A stretch of 64,000 bases of DNA from a virus. The DNA lies in the IMG/VR virus record IMGVR_UViG_3300029922_000003; one strand, written 5' to 3'. The translations under genes were made by a program, and so were the position numbers. The notes under the pieces were generated by a model. It had not been told where the DNA came from and made no database searches. It saw only the letters and a list, made by a program, of their open reading frames with translations. Below are positions 9,416 through 17,052 of the stretch, in pieces; positions within the stretch are counted from its first letter, which is position 1, and each line of letters opens with the position of its first letter.

Positions 9416-9661
9416 CTAGGCGGAAGCCTTCTCGTGTGCCTTGTGCTGAACGTTAACGACATCGCCGTCAGAGATGACAGTATTGTCGCTTGCGCGGGAG
9501 CCGTTGAGGACGAACTCCACGTTCTCGTTGCTGTAGCCGAGGGCTGCAGAAACGTTGCGGTTGGCACGAATGCAGCTCAGAGTGGACCCCACAGGGAGAC
9601 CATTGATTGGGAGCTGGTTGCCTCCGAAGGAGACAGTGATACGAATGTTACCGTTTGCCAT
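9416..9661 (-). CDS. Ubiquitin-like beta-grasp protein (ThiS/MoaD/PRTRC-C-like), C-terminus KAHEKASA
   Basis: 81 aa; beta-beta-alpha-beta pattern IRITVSF...STLSCIR...FVLNG...ISDGDVVNV; heads the E2/E1/JAB operon. Confidence 0.82.
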   Translation of the reverse strand: MANGNIRITVSFGGNQLPINGLPVGSTLSCIRANRNVSAALGYSNENVEFVLNGSRASDNTVISDGDVVNVQHKAHEKASA

Positions 9662-9806
9662 AATGTGTATATTATGTTTGCTACCTGGACGCCAGGAGCC
9701 AGCGTTAGTTTTTAATCAAGAACCACAACTAGGCGCTTTCTATAGAAAGGCGCTTAGCCGGCATAACCCCGTAAAAGGTTACACCGGCTGTAGCGCATCT
9801 CCGTAG

Positions 9807-10274
9807 TCAACGCACAACAACACTCTGTATAGGATGGTTCGTGGTCTTGATGACCAGGGACGCTTGCTTGGTGAGGATCTTTTTAGGAAACTCATCCAAG
9901 TGCCTTTTAGGACTGAGGGTGTTGAAAGTCTCGCCCAGATTCTGGATACGAGAGTTTCTACGCCTTGTGTTCTGATTAAAAATACTGGCCTTCGCTAGCA
10001 AATGAGGAATTATCTGGTTATGATCTGAGGTGGCTTCAATTTTGACAGTGAACGCTACAATCGCGTCGGTATCAATCACGTCAATGGTCTCCTGAGAGCC
10101 AAAAAGGATTGTTACATCCCTGGTCTCTACAGCAGGCTCTGCCTCGTCCTGATCATTTGCAAGATTCGCAATATAATTACGAACCTCTGCTAAAATTCTT
10201 TCTTTCTCTGCTCCGTCCTGGACTGAAGCAGTCAAGACTGTATCTAACTCCTCTACACTAATCTTCTTTGCCAT
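9807..10274 (-). CDS. Hypothetical protein
   Basis: 155-aa ORF in the ORF track, same orientation as neighbours. Confidence 0.7.
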   Translation of the reverse strand: MAKKISVEELDTVLTASVQDGAEKERILAEVRNYIANLANDQDEAEPAVETRDVTILFGSQETIDVIDTDAIVAFTVKIEATSDHNQIIPHLLAKASIFNQNTRRRNSRIQNLGETFNTLSPKRHLDEFPKKILTKQASLVIKTTNHPIQSVVVR

Positions 10275-10329
10275 ACTGAACTTTCTACTAAACTAACATG
10301 GGCAATATCTGAGCGGCCTTTGCCGCTTA

Positions 10330-10473
10330 TTTTGTAGTAATAGTTTTGTGCACTGAATGGTAACAGGATGATCCGGCCCCTGCCTCTGTCCTGAAGAAAC
10401 CTGCAGCTCGCAAAGGGACTCGGTCACTTACTATTTGTGGATGGTTTCACCACAGCCTTGCGGCACTACAAAA
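10330..10473 (-). ncRNA. Candidate multibranched structured RNA
   Basis: Closing helix TTTTGTAGT/ACTACAAAA, GCC-GCAA-GGC, TGTGG/CCACA with a TGAAA loop, AATAGT/ACTATT, CAGGA/TCCTG; ORF-free. Confidence 0.45.
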
Positions 10474-10481
10474 AGGCAATT

Positions 10482-10695
10482 TGGTAGGGTGGGACGTTAC
10501 TTCCCACGATTATCTGCGTTTCGGTATACTCTCATTTCTAACCGGACTGGTACTCCAGTATTTCCTTGTAGAGTATTTTAAGGTCTAAGCTTTATCAGTG
10601 CCTTGCTAAATACCTGATTCAAAGTCCTAAATTTGGGGCCCTAGGATTATCTTTGAAACTAACCTTTATGTTCTACGATTTCACACCGCCTACCA
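10482..10695 (-). ncRNA. Expanded tRNA-shaped RNA (about 214 nt)
   Basis: Acceptor-like TGGTAGG/CCTACCA; D-like GTG-TGAAATCGTAGAA-CAT; AAGGT/ACCTT stem enclosing two hairpins; ATACTCT/AGAGTAT arm; T-like GTGGGA-AGTAACG-TCCCAC. Confidence 0.5.
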
Positions 10696-10702
10696 AAATC
10701 AA

Positions 10703-11449
10703 CTAAATGTTTTTGAAGACCGATAATGGCTGCCAATAGTCGTCACCAGCACTAACCTCATATTTGTCCGAACGGATGAGACTTAGTACATCGTGTCTAA
10801 CATTATTAAATAACAACCCCTCGGGACGGCCTGAAGTTAAATCAAGGACAATTTCTGTTACAAGCCACGCAGTAGACTTGTCTCGCTTGAGTCGAATCCA
10901 AGTCATTGTTGGAGTGAACCAATCATCAGTTTTTGAACTCAGTGGGTTCTTGTACTTACGCTTGGTGCGGTAAGTGGTTAAACCGTTCTTGCCAGCAAGG
11001 GCACTGCCTAGGTGACGCGTTCTCCAAACACCGGAGTCGTAAAATTCAAGATCGCCAATGAAGCATTGTGAGACCTTACCTAGCTCGATTGCAATCTGTT
11101 CATTCTTTGTCAATAAACGATATCCCGCTGCAGTATTGATCTGCTCGGGAGAGAGGCGACCTGGGTTTAGCCAAGTGTCTTTCGGTTCGATGTCAGCGAG
11201 TGCTGGATACACCACACGGCGAACCGGCTCGATTTGATAGGTCTGCTCCTGTCCCGAAATCGGGATTCTAAAGAAGTTCTGACGAACATGTTCGTCTGTT
11301 ACTTCTGTGCATGGGAAGTCGAACCAAGTATTATCCTGAGAGGATCTTGGGCGGAACTGAACTCCATGCTGTCTGCTTGCTGATACTGCTGAGATGACTT
11401 TGAATTTGTCCTCAATGCTGTTTTGTGGGTCGAGTACTAAGTACGACAT
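10703..11449 (-). CDS. Hypothetical protein between ncRNA blocks
   Basis: 248-aa ORF; no confident family. Confidence 0.7.
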   Translation of the reverse strand: MSYLVLDPQNSIEDKFKVISAVSASRQHGVQFRPRSSQDNTWFDFPCTEVTDEHVRQNFFRIPISGQEQTYQIEPVRRVVYPALADIEPKDTWLNPGRLSPEQINTAAGYRLLTKNEQIAIELGKVSQCFIGDLEFYDSGVWRTRHLGSALAGKNGLTTYRTKRKYKNPLSSKTDDWFTPTMTWIRLKRDKSTAWLVTEIVLDLTSGRPEGLLFNNVRHDVLSLIRSDKYEVSAGDDYWQPLSVFKNI

Positions 11450-11599
11450 ATACTAATTCCTTTTTGAGGGGCTGCTGATATTATCTGTAGTAGAATTTTT
11501 GTGAGTTTGGACTTCACATAATTCTACATTGTTACTTTTTTTGGGCGGGAAAGGATTGCTCCTCGCGGCCACAGACGGGTTTTCAACATTTAATTCGGC

Positions 11600-12020
11600 A
11601 ATACCGATACTAACCGAAACACATCTTCCAAAAAAGGATCTTGAGTAGTGAGAATAGGCGCAACAGGGTAAGCGTCGGTATCAGCGATGCGCAATGCAAG
11701 AAGCTTGGCCAACACTATCCTGCTTGTTTTCTGCCTTCAAGGCGTGGCTTGTCTGAAAGCCAATCATACCAAAGCTGATAGGGTCATGACAGTTTGCCAG
11801 GCCAAACTCAACCAACAAGCGGTATTTTTCACTACCCAAGAAGTTCTACAAAAATGTTTTCTGGACAATCGTGCTTTTACGCCAAATGACTGGTCTCGTA
11901 GTATAACACTCATATACCTACTTGTAATCAATAGGTTATAACTAGATTTCATTACAAGAGGAGGTAGCAACCTCGCAGCATACCCTATTCAAATCACCTA
12001 GGGAGAGTGCCCTAGGTAAC
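11600..12020 (-). ncRNA. ORF-poor, helix-rich region; candidate large ncRNA (strand inferred from neighbours)
   Basis: Helices CTTGTAAT/ATTACAAG (11921-11958), ACCTAGGG/CCCTAGGT (11996-12017), and crossing helices TTGGCC/GGCCAA (11705-11805) and GCTTGTT/AACAAGC (11722-11820). Confidence 0.35.
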
Positions 12021-12198
12021 ATATGCCTTTATTTAATGAATAAGATAAGTCTTCAGATATATTCCCTAACGTATACTACATTTATCTCCTTTTTATCGGT
12101 GTATTTGATGTAGACTCATAGGTATCCTAGACCCCCGACTACGGTCAACTCTCTATGGATGGCTGCTTCTAAGCCCACCTCCTTGTCCAGAAAATACG

Positions 12199-12270
12199 AG
12201 CGTGAGCGGGACTCGAACCCACATTCCCGAGCCCCATTTGGCCAGGTTCCTGCCAATTGAAAGATCACGC
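12199..12270 (-). tRNA. tRNA-like gene with an aberrant anticodon arm (isotype undetermined)
   Basis: GCGTGA/TCACGC acceptor (6 bp), TTTC-AATTGGCA-GGAA D arm, canonical GTGGG-TTCGAGT-CCCGC T arm; the anticodon arm CCTGG-CCAAATGGGGC-TCGGG has no 7-nt U33 loop; no encoded CCA. Confidence 0.6.
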
Positions 12271-12282
12271 ATAAAATCAAAA

Positions 12283-12519
12283 TAGTCAGAACGGGAATGC
12301 ACTCCCTTTTCAAGTCATCGAGTATAAGGATTGCGCTTTGGATTGTCGGGTAGAGGTGCTTCTGTAAGTATACAGCAGATTTTCACTTAGTCCCTCCGCT
12401 CTTTGGGCTCTCGATCCCGTAGGCGCTTTTAAATGACAATCGTGGAGGGAGCTAGGGACGTTACTCCTAGCACTCTATGTCAAATGTGCTACCAGACGTT
12501 GTTACTGACCTGCTGACTA
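12283..12519 (-). ncRNA. tRNA/tmRNA-domain-like structured RNA (about 237 nt)
   Basis: TAGTCAG/CTGACTA acceptor-like stem, adjacent GGGA-GTGCAT-TCCC hairpin, CAGGTCA/TGACTTG closing stem, internal TAGCAC/GTGCTA and TCCCTCC/GGAGGGA helices. Confidence 0.45.
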
Positions 12520-12786
12520 GTATCGCTTATCCCCACGCCTGTACTCCACTGGAGGACAGATTTTTGGGGGATTAAAAAATGCTTGGTCCTCATCTCTAGT
12601 CTGACACTTGATGTTGTCCTGACTAAAGATGGGCTTGCCATCCTTGTCAATTCCTGGGAAGTGTCTGAGGCACTTGGTCGCCTCCTCTCTCAATTCCTTG
12701 AGTGTTCTTTTCCTCCCAGTAAAGAAGCTCTTCAAAAACTTCTCAGTAGCAGCTATTGCTGAATCCTGTTCATATCGAAGACTCAT
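12517..12786 (-). CDS. Small phage protein, BPSL0761-family-like
   Basis: MSLRYEQ..AI..TEKFL...LREEATKCLRHFP resembles the family pattern (FL...R..A...LRHYP). Confidence 0.5.
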   Translation of the reverse strand: MSLRYEQDSAIAATEKFLKSFFTGRKRTLKELREEATKCLRHFPGIDKDGKPIFSQDNIKCQTRDEDQAFFNPPKICPPVEYRRGDKRY

Positions 12787-13562
12787 TGAAATAAATCGTT
12801 GTCGAACTCCTCAATGTAGATATACGAAGGAGATCGGGGTTTACCTGACACTATCCTCCAGAGTCCACCTCTGTGCTGGAGAGACCAACTCTTCTTGTGG
12901 GCATCTTGACCAATAAAGGTTCTTACAAAGTCTAGGCCAACGTGGAGGAAATTTCCTCTAGCAGCCCTGAATTGAATTTGCCTGGATCCAGCAACTGAAT
13001 CTCTTCCAACCCAAAGCCTCTTGGCATCTGGAAGGGGAACTACCCCTAGCCGTACCATTCCAAGCTCTGAGAAGAGAGAGAACCCAATGTTCCACATCTC
13101 TACATTCCATTCAGCTTTGTATGCGCCCTCAGACAACCTCTGCGAGCAGTATATTGCCAGTCTCTCAAATTGATCTTTGGATAGAGTAGCGACAACTCCT
13201 AGAAGTTCGTCGTTCTCCATTGCCATAACCTTCTGGGTACCCTCTTGGTCTGTGAGGGTTTCTAGGAAGTTGTTGTAGAGCCACTCCTTAGTTTCCTTAA
13301 CTGGAAGGATCCCTTCGTTTCTGTAGGAGTTGACGAATGGCAGGTTGGGATGCCAGAACGCTTTTGTATCGAACTGACAGGAGGAAGGGACAGAGATCTC
13401 TTTTCCTGAAACAATCAGGGAGGTTAAGACTGGCCTAGGGGAGTTATCAAAGAGATCTTCTTTCTCAGGAAGCTCTGAATCCTCCTCTGACTTTATGACT
13501 GGAAACTGAGACTCATCTGTCTTTTTGTTTTTTTCTGTCACGAACTTTTTGGATGAAGACAT
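12783..13562 (-). CDS. Hypothetical protein
   Basis: 259-aa ORF; 4-nt overlap with the downstream gene. Confidence 0.7.
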   Translation of the reverse strand: MSSSKKFVTEKNKKTDESQFPVIKSEEDSELPEKEDLFDNSPRPVLTSLIVSGKEISVPSSCQFDTKAFWHPNLPFVNSYRNEGILPVKETKEWLYNNFLETLTDQEGTQKVMAMENDELLGVVATLSKDQFERLAIYCSQRLSEGAYKAEWNVEMWNIGFSLFSELGMVRLGVVPLPDAKRLWVGRDSVAGSRQIQFRAARGNFLHVGLDFVRTFIGQDAHKKSWSLQHRGGLWRIVSGKPRSPSYIYIEEFDNDLFQ

Positions 13563-13611
13563 GGCTCCCTTTCAGGGAGCTTTTTGTCATGTTGTTTAAG
13601 TATTTATGGTG

Positions 13612-13710
13612 GGGAAAAGATCTGCTTTCGCTACCGAAGTGACTGATCCCTCGGAAACCTTCGGATTCCTCACGATAAGTCACTTCGCTAACGCGAAGCG
13701 GACTTTTCCC
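13612..13710 (-). ncRNA. Structured 5' leader or small RNA
   Basis: GGGAAAAG/CTTTTCCC closes GCTTCGC-GTTA-GCGAAGT and GACT/AGTC subdomains. Confidence 0.4.
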
Positions 13711-13731
13711 GAACTCATCCTGACGGATTCG

Positions 13732-13761
13732 ATTTTAACCACTGGATTTAAGGCAGGTCAA
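13732..13761 (-). promoter_or_regulatory. Sigma70-like promoter
   Basis: TTGACC-18 nt-TAAAAT immediately upstream of the structured leader. Confidence 0.45.
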
Positions 13762-13794
13762 CAAGAATCTTAAGTTTCAGGGTAAAATAAATTT

Positions 13795-14505
13795 CTATCC
13801 AGAAACTCCCAGTGGGAATACTGACCTCACTGCAGAATTGAATTGATTACAAACCAAGGTTGTCTTTGTAGAAGGACTAGCACCAGATGGAACTGAACTC
13901 ACCTTGTAATAGATCTCAACAGTCACTCCAGCAGCTTCTGGCATAAAGAATATTTTTGTAATCTTCTCTCCCAGCATCAATCTCATAACCGGAATCCTAA
14001 TGGACAGGTCTATACTGTTCTCAATGAAGTAGTCGTTAACTACATCCTGCAGCTTAGAGATTACTTCAGAAAGACCATTAATGTCTGTTCCATTATTCTG
14101 TGGATCTACATCCAGGTACTGTTTGTACCAGGATTGGAATTTAGGTATCTTGGAGTCTCGGTGGGATAGGAACATCTTTCCTTCTACAGATCCAAACCCT
14201 GTATCAACCACTACTTCCTTTTTCTTGATTGGTTTTTCTGGGGTAACTTTCTCAACCCTCTTTGCCCTCACCTTTGGTTTGGTAGCAGTTGGAGTAGGCT
14301 GATTCTTAAAAGGTCTGCCACGTTTTTTCTTCTCAGTCGGAAGTGATTGAGGAGGATTTTTAAATGGACGACCCCGTTTCTTGGGCACAACTGGCAGTTG
14401 CGATTCCTTTACTTTGGGGGGTCTACCCCTCCTTTTCTTTTTTGGTGGCATTTGTTTCAGCATTTTGAGATTGTACAAATTTTTGAAAGTCACCATTAGC
14501 AACAA
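13795..14505 (-). CDS. AT-hook DNA-binding protein (three RGRP motifs); likely start at 14463 or 14451
   Basis: KKKRRGRPPK, KKRGRPFK, KKKRGRPFK, then a globular C-terminal domain. Confidence 0.7.
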   Translation of the reverse strand: MLLMVTFKNLYNLKMLKQMPPKKKRRGRPPKVKESQLPVVPKKRGRPFKNPPQSLPTEKKKRGRPFKNQPTPTATKPKVRAKRVEKVTPEKPIKKKEVVVDTGFGSVEGKMFLSHRDSKIPKFQSWYKQYLDVDPQNNGTDINGLSEVISKLQDVVNDYFIENSIDLSIRIPVMRLMLGEKITKIFFMPEAAGVTVEIYYKVSSVPSGASPSTKTTLVCNQFNSAVRSVFPLGVSG

Positions 14506-15121
14506 GGCTAACCTGGACTGTTTGTTTGATTAGGTGTCGAAGGTTTTCAATCCCTTTACTATTCTGAAGTTGGTTCTCTAGGTCTTTCTCCCTCCAGAGA
14601 TTGACAGCATCAGTTATTGCAGATTCATTGGAAGATCCAATAGCGTCCACGAACTGATTAAGGTTGATTGAGATCAGGTGTGGGAGTTTCTTGTTCTCGC
14701 TATTTTCGTGATGATTAATCATCCCCATAATGATTTGTGGAACGAAGAAACTAGAGCACACAACACCTGTTGGGTCTTTAATGAGTTCGTTTACACATTT
14801 TGTTTCAAATGGGTATCTTTCCTCGATTGTGGAAAGAGTAATAGCAAGTCGCTTTTCGTACGATTCAGACACTCTCTTCTTCACAGAGTCCAGAACATCT
14901 TTAACTCGAACGACAGCGCCTTTTAAAAATTCTGTATCATTGAAAATCCCTTCCTGCTCGTACTTATCAAACTCAATCATGATCCTGGAGACCATATAGG
15001 AGTGGAGCAAGTCGGCTTTGTCCATTGAGTTGAAGATACTTTCTTGTCCTTCAAGGGAGAATACCGCAGAGAACATGTGGCACTTATAGTCAGTAGTTAA
15101 AATAAATTTGTCTTTACTCAT
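14423..15121 (-). CDS. Hypothetical protein
   Basis: 232-aa ORF with an AATAACATAC-ATG leader. Confidence 0.7.
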   Translation of the reverse strand: MSKDKFILTTDYKCHMFSAVFSLEGQESIFNSMDKADLLHSYMVSRIMIEFDKYEQEGIFNDTEFLKGAVVRVKDVLDSVKKRVSESYEKRLAITLSTIEERYPFETKCVNELIKDPTGVVCSSFFVPQIIMGMINHHENSENKKLPHLISINLNQFVDAIGSSNESAITDAVNLWREKDLENQLQNSKGIENLRHLIKQTVQVSLVANGDFQKFVQSQNAETNATKKEKEG

Positions 15122-15135
15122 GTATGTTATTTCAA

Positions 15136-15193
15136 GCAGTAGTCAGTGTTAAATATATGTGGTAACCTAATATAATTTAACACTGGCTACTGC
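15136..15193. repeat. 19-bp inverted repeat (long leader hairpin)
   Basis: GCAGTAGTCAGTGTTAAAT ... ATTTAACACTGGCTACTGC, one mismatch/wobble. Confidence 0.7.
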
Positions 15194-15232
15194 CAGAAAC
15201 GTTAATCGTATCTTTTCAAAAGATGACGGGCA

Positions 15233-15260
15233 AGGGTGGTGCTATTGCTAGCACCACCCT
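15233..15260 (-). terminator. Stem-loop after the 15276 gene
   Basis: AGGGTGGTGCTA-GCAA-TAGCACCACCCT, 12-bp perfect stem. Confidence 0.5.
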
Positions 15261-15275
15261 AAATCCGTATTTGAA

Positions 15276-15680
15276 CTAGATGAGTTCTTCCTGGGGCACT
15301 AGGCCCTCAGGAACAATTTCATCCGAGTCTTTCTTGGGGCCCTTGAAGACCCCAGTGGCTTTCAGGACAATGCCTGTTGCCAACCCGACTGCGCCTGCGG
15401 CCTTGTGTTTGACCATGGAGGCAGCAGCCCCTGCGGTCTCCATCGCCCTCTTGCCGGCACTCGCCCCCTTGTGCGCAACCTTCTCCGCATTGTCCACGAG
15501 GGAAATGCCGAGTCTGGCACCGCCATAGAGGGCGGCGACTCCAGCAGCGACCTTGAGGCCGTCTACTGCGTATGGCCTTACTGCACTAATGGCAGCTTTG
15601 GCGATGACACCGGCCTTTTGGCCAGCGGTGGGTGCGGCTTTTTTGATAAAGAGGCCGCCGATCTTTGCAATGATGTTCAT
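15276..15680 (-). CDS. Ala/Gly/Lys-rich amphipathic hypothetical protein (start MNIIAK preferred over 15773)
   Basis: A-rich leader before the ATG at 15680; removes the overlap with the upstream gene. Confidence 0.65.
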   Translation of the reverse strand: MNIIAKIGGLFIKKAAPTAGQKAGVIAKAAISAVRPYAVDGLKVAAGVAALYGGARLGISLVDNAEKVAHKGASAGKRAMETAGAAASMVKHKAAGAVGLATGIVLKATGVFKGPKKDSDEIVPEGLVPQEELI

Positions 15681-15726
15681 TGTATTTTGTTTTTGTTGTT
15701 GTGTTTGATTACCTTCTTGCGCGGTA

Positions 15727-16983
15727 TCATTCCAGGGAAGGTATTTCCCAGAATGACTTAAGACTGATACCACCGGTTGTCGCGTGCTCCTTTACGGGAG
15801 TCTCAACTGGTGATGTAATAGATGGGTCGACCTCAACCTTAGGTTGTTCGACTTGGACTGGCTCAGGTGCAAACTCTGACGAGTAAATGACCTGGGCTTC
15901 TTTTTGAACTGGCTTGCGGAAGAACGGAGCTTTTTCGTCCTTTGACTTTGCCTCGAATGGCGTGTTGCGCCATGTACGAGGGAACTTGAATCCATCCACG
16001 AGATCTGCTCTGCCGACTCCCACAGGGGAACCTTGGATGCCGATCAGGAGGGGGATCTGGGTTGGGTCCACAGCGCACAACTTCAGGTTGAATGTATCAA
16101 CTGGCTTCACTAGTTCAGGGAAGTAGCTGACTATTTTCGTGCAGATATTGTTCATCCGCTCGCAATACTCATTCTTGAAGTCCACAGACCCTGGTGTGAT
16201 CCAGTTTCTGTAGCAGTGTGCCGTTAGCAACTCTTGCAACCCAATGGCCATATCCTGTATGGCCATTCGAGCTGAGTCGGGGTCGTGGGTGATATTGACT
16301 TCTTGTGCACGCTTGATGTAGCGGTGCCAGGTAGTCATCAATTCCGTGTTCATGAACATCAATGACTTCTCGAGTCTAATGGTCATGAGGTGTGTGAACT
16401 TCTTCGCCTTGACGGGGAAGTTGCTGAGCGCACCTGGGGCTCCGTCTTCATCAATCTGGAGAATCTCCAGCTTGGTGGTGGATCCCTCTCGTGCTGGCAG
16501 TAGGAGCTTTGAGATCTCCACACATTTTCTGTGTGGTAGAGTAGCAAATAGCTCGCGACGCCGAGTCACTTCGGGTCCGAAAGTCTTTTGTTGCTTGTTC
16601 CCACGTTCTTTCCAGAACTTGGGGAGCTCGATCCTCTTTTCCAGTTCTTCCACCGGAATGTAATAACTTCCCGTAGGGAGGTCATTCGTAGATGATCGTT
16701 CGAGGATTCCCACCATCCAATTGACGGCTGGTTGGAATTCCCTTCTTGGGCAATATGCCCCATTTGTTCCTGATACAGGAACTGAGGCCGCAAGGCATGG
16801 AATGCCATTGACGATCTCATAAACTCCGATTTTCCCTTGGAACGTCTTTTCGTTCCACATCCCATACACAATTACACCGCCTTCTTCAGGTAGCATAAAT
16901 GGATCGCCCTCCATAGGAAATGCCCCGTTGATAGGGCAAAGTGTTTTTAAGCTGACTATGCTCCGACAGACCCGGTGAAACAT
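15727..16983 (-). CDS. Hypothetical protein
   Basis: 418-aa ORF; first gene downstream of the repeated promoter-like motif. Confidence 0.75.
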   Translation of the reverse strand: MFHRVCRSIVSLKTLCPINGAFPMEGDPFMLPEEGGVIVYGMWNEKTFQGKIGVYEIVNGIPCLAASVPVSGTNGAYCPRREFQPAVNWMVGILERSSTNDLPTGSYYIPVEELEKRIELPKFWKERGNKQQKTFGPEVTRRRELFATLPHRKCVEISKLLLPAREGSTTKLEILQIDEDGAPGALSNFPVKAKKFTHLMTIRLEKSLMFMNTELMTTWHRYIKRAQEVNITHDPDSARMAIQDMAIGLQELLTAHCYRNWITPGSVDFKNEYCERMNNICTKIVSYFPELVKPVDTFNLKLCAVDPTQIPLLIGIQGSPVGVGRADLVDGFKFPRTWRNTPFEAKSKDEKAPFFRKPVQKEAQVIYSSEFAPEPVQVEQPKVEVDPSITSPVETPVKEHATTGGISLKSFWEIPSLE

Positions 16984-17052
16984 ATGAGATTTCCTTTTTG
17001 GTTTGTTTTTAACTTGCTATCTCCTTACGTAATGTAAGTGATAATTCTTTTA

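Noticed and set aside
10414-10423. AGGGACTCGG shared with 49226-49235; hammerhead, twister, pistol or HDV/theta ribozyme considered
   Set aside because: A 10-nt match is expected by chance, and the catalytic core consensus could not be completed for any ribozyme class.
10657-10669. 13-nt identity (ATAAAGGTTAGTT, minus strand) with the tmRNA 3' region, suggesting a tmRNA-derived duplicate
   Set aside because: A single AT-rich match in a non-equivalent structural position; no tag ORF or G3-U70 pair in the 10482 RNA.
11541-11630. Additional tRNA
   Set aside because: Only a GNRA hairpin; no consistent cloverleaf.
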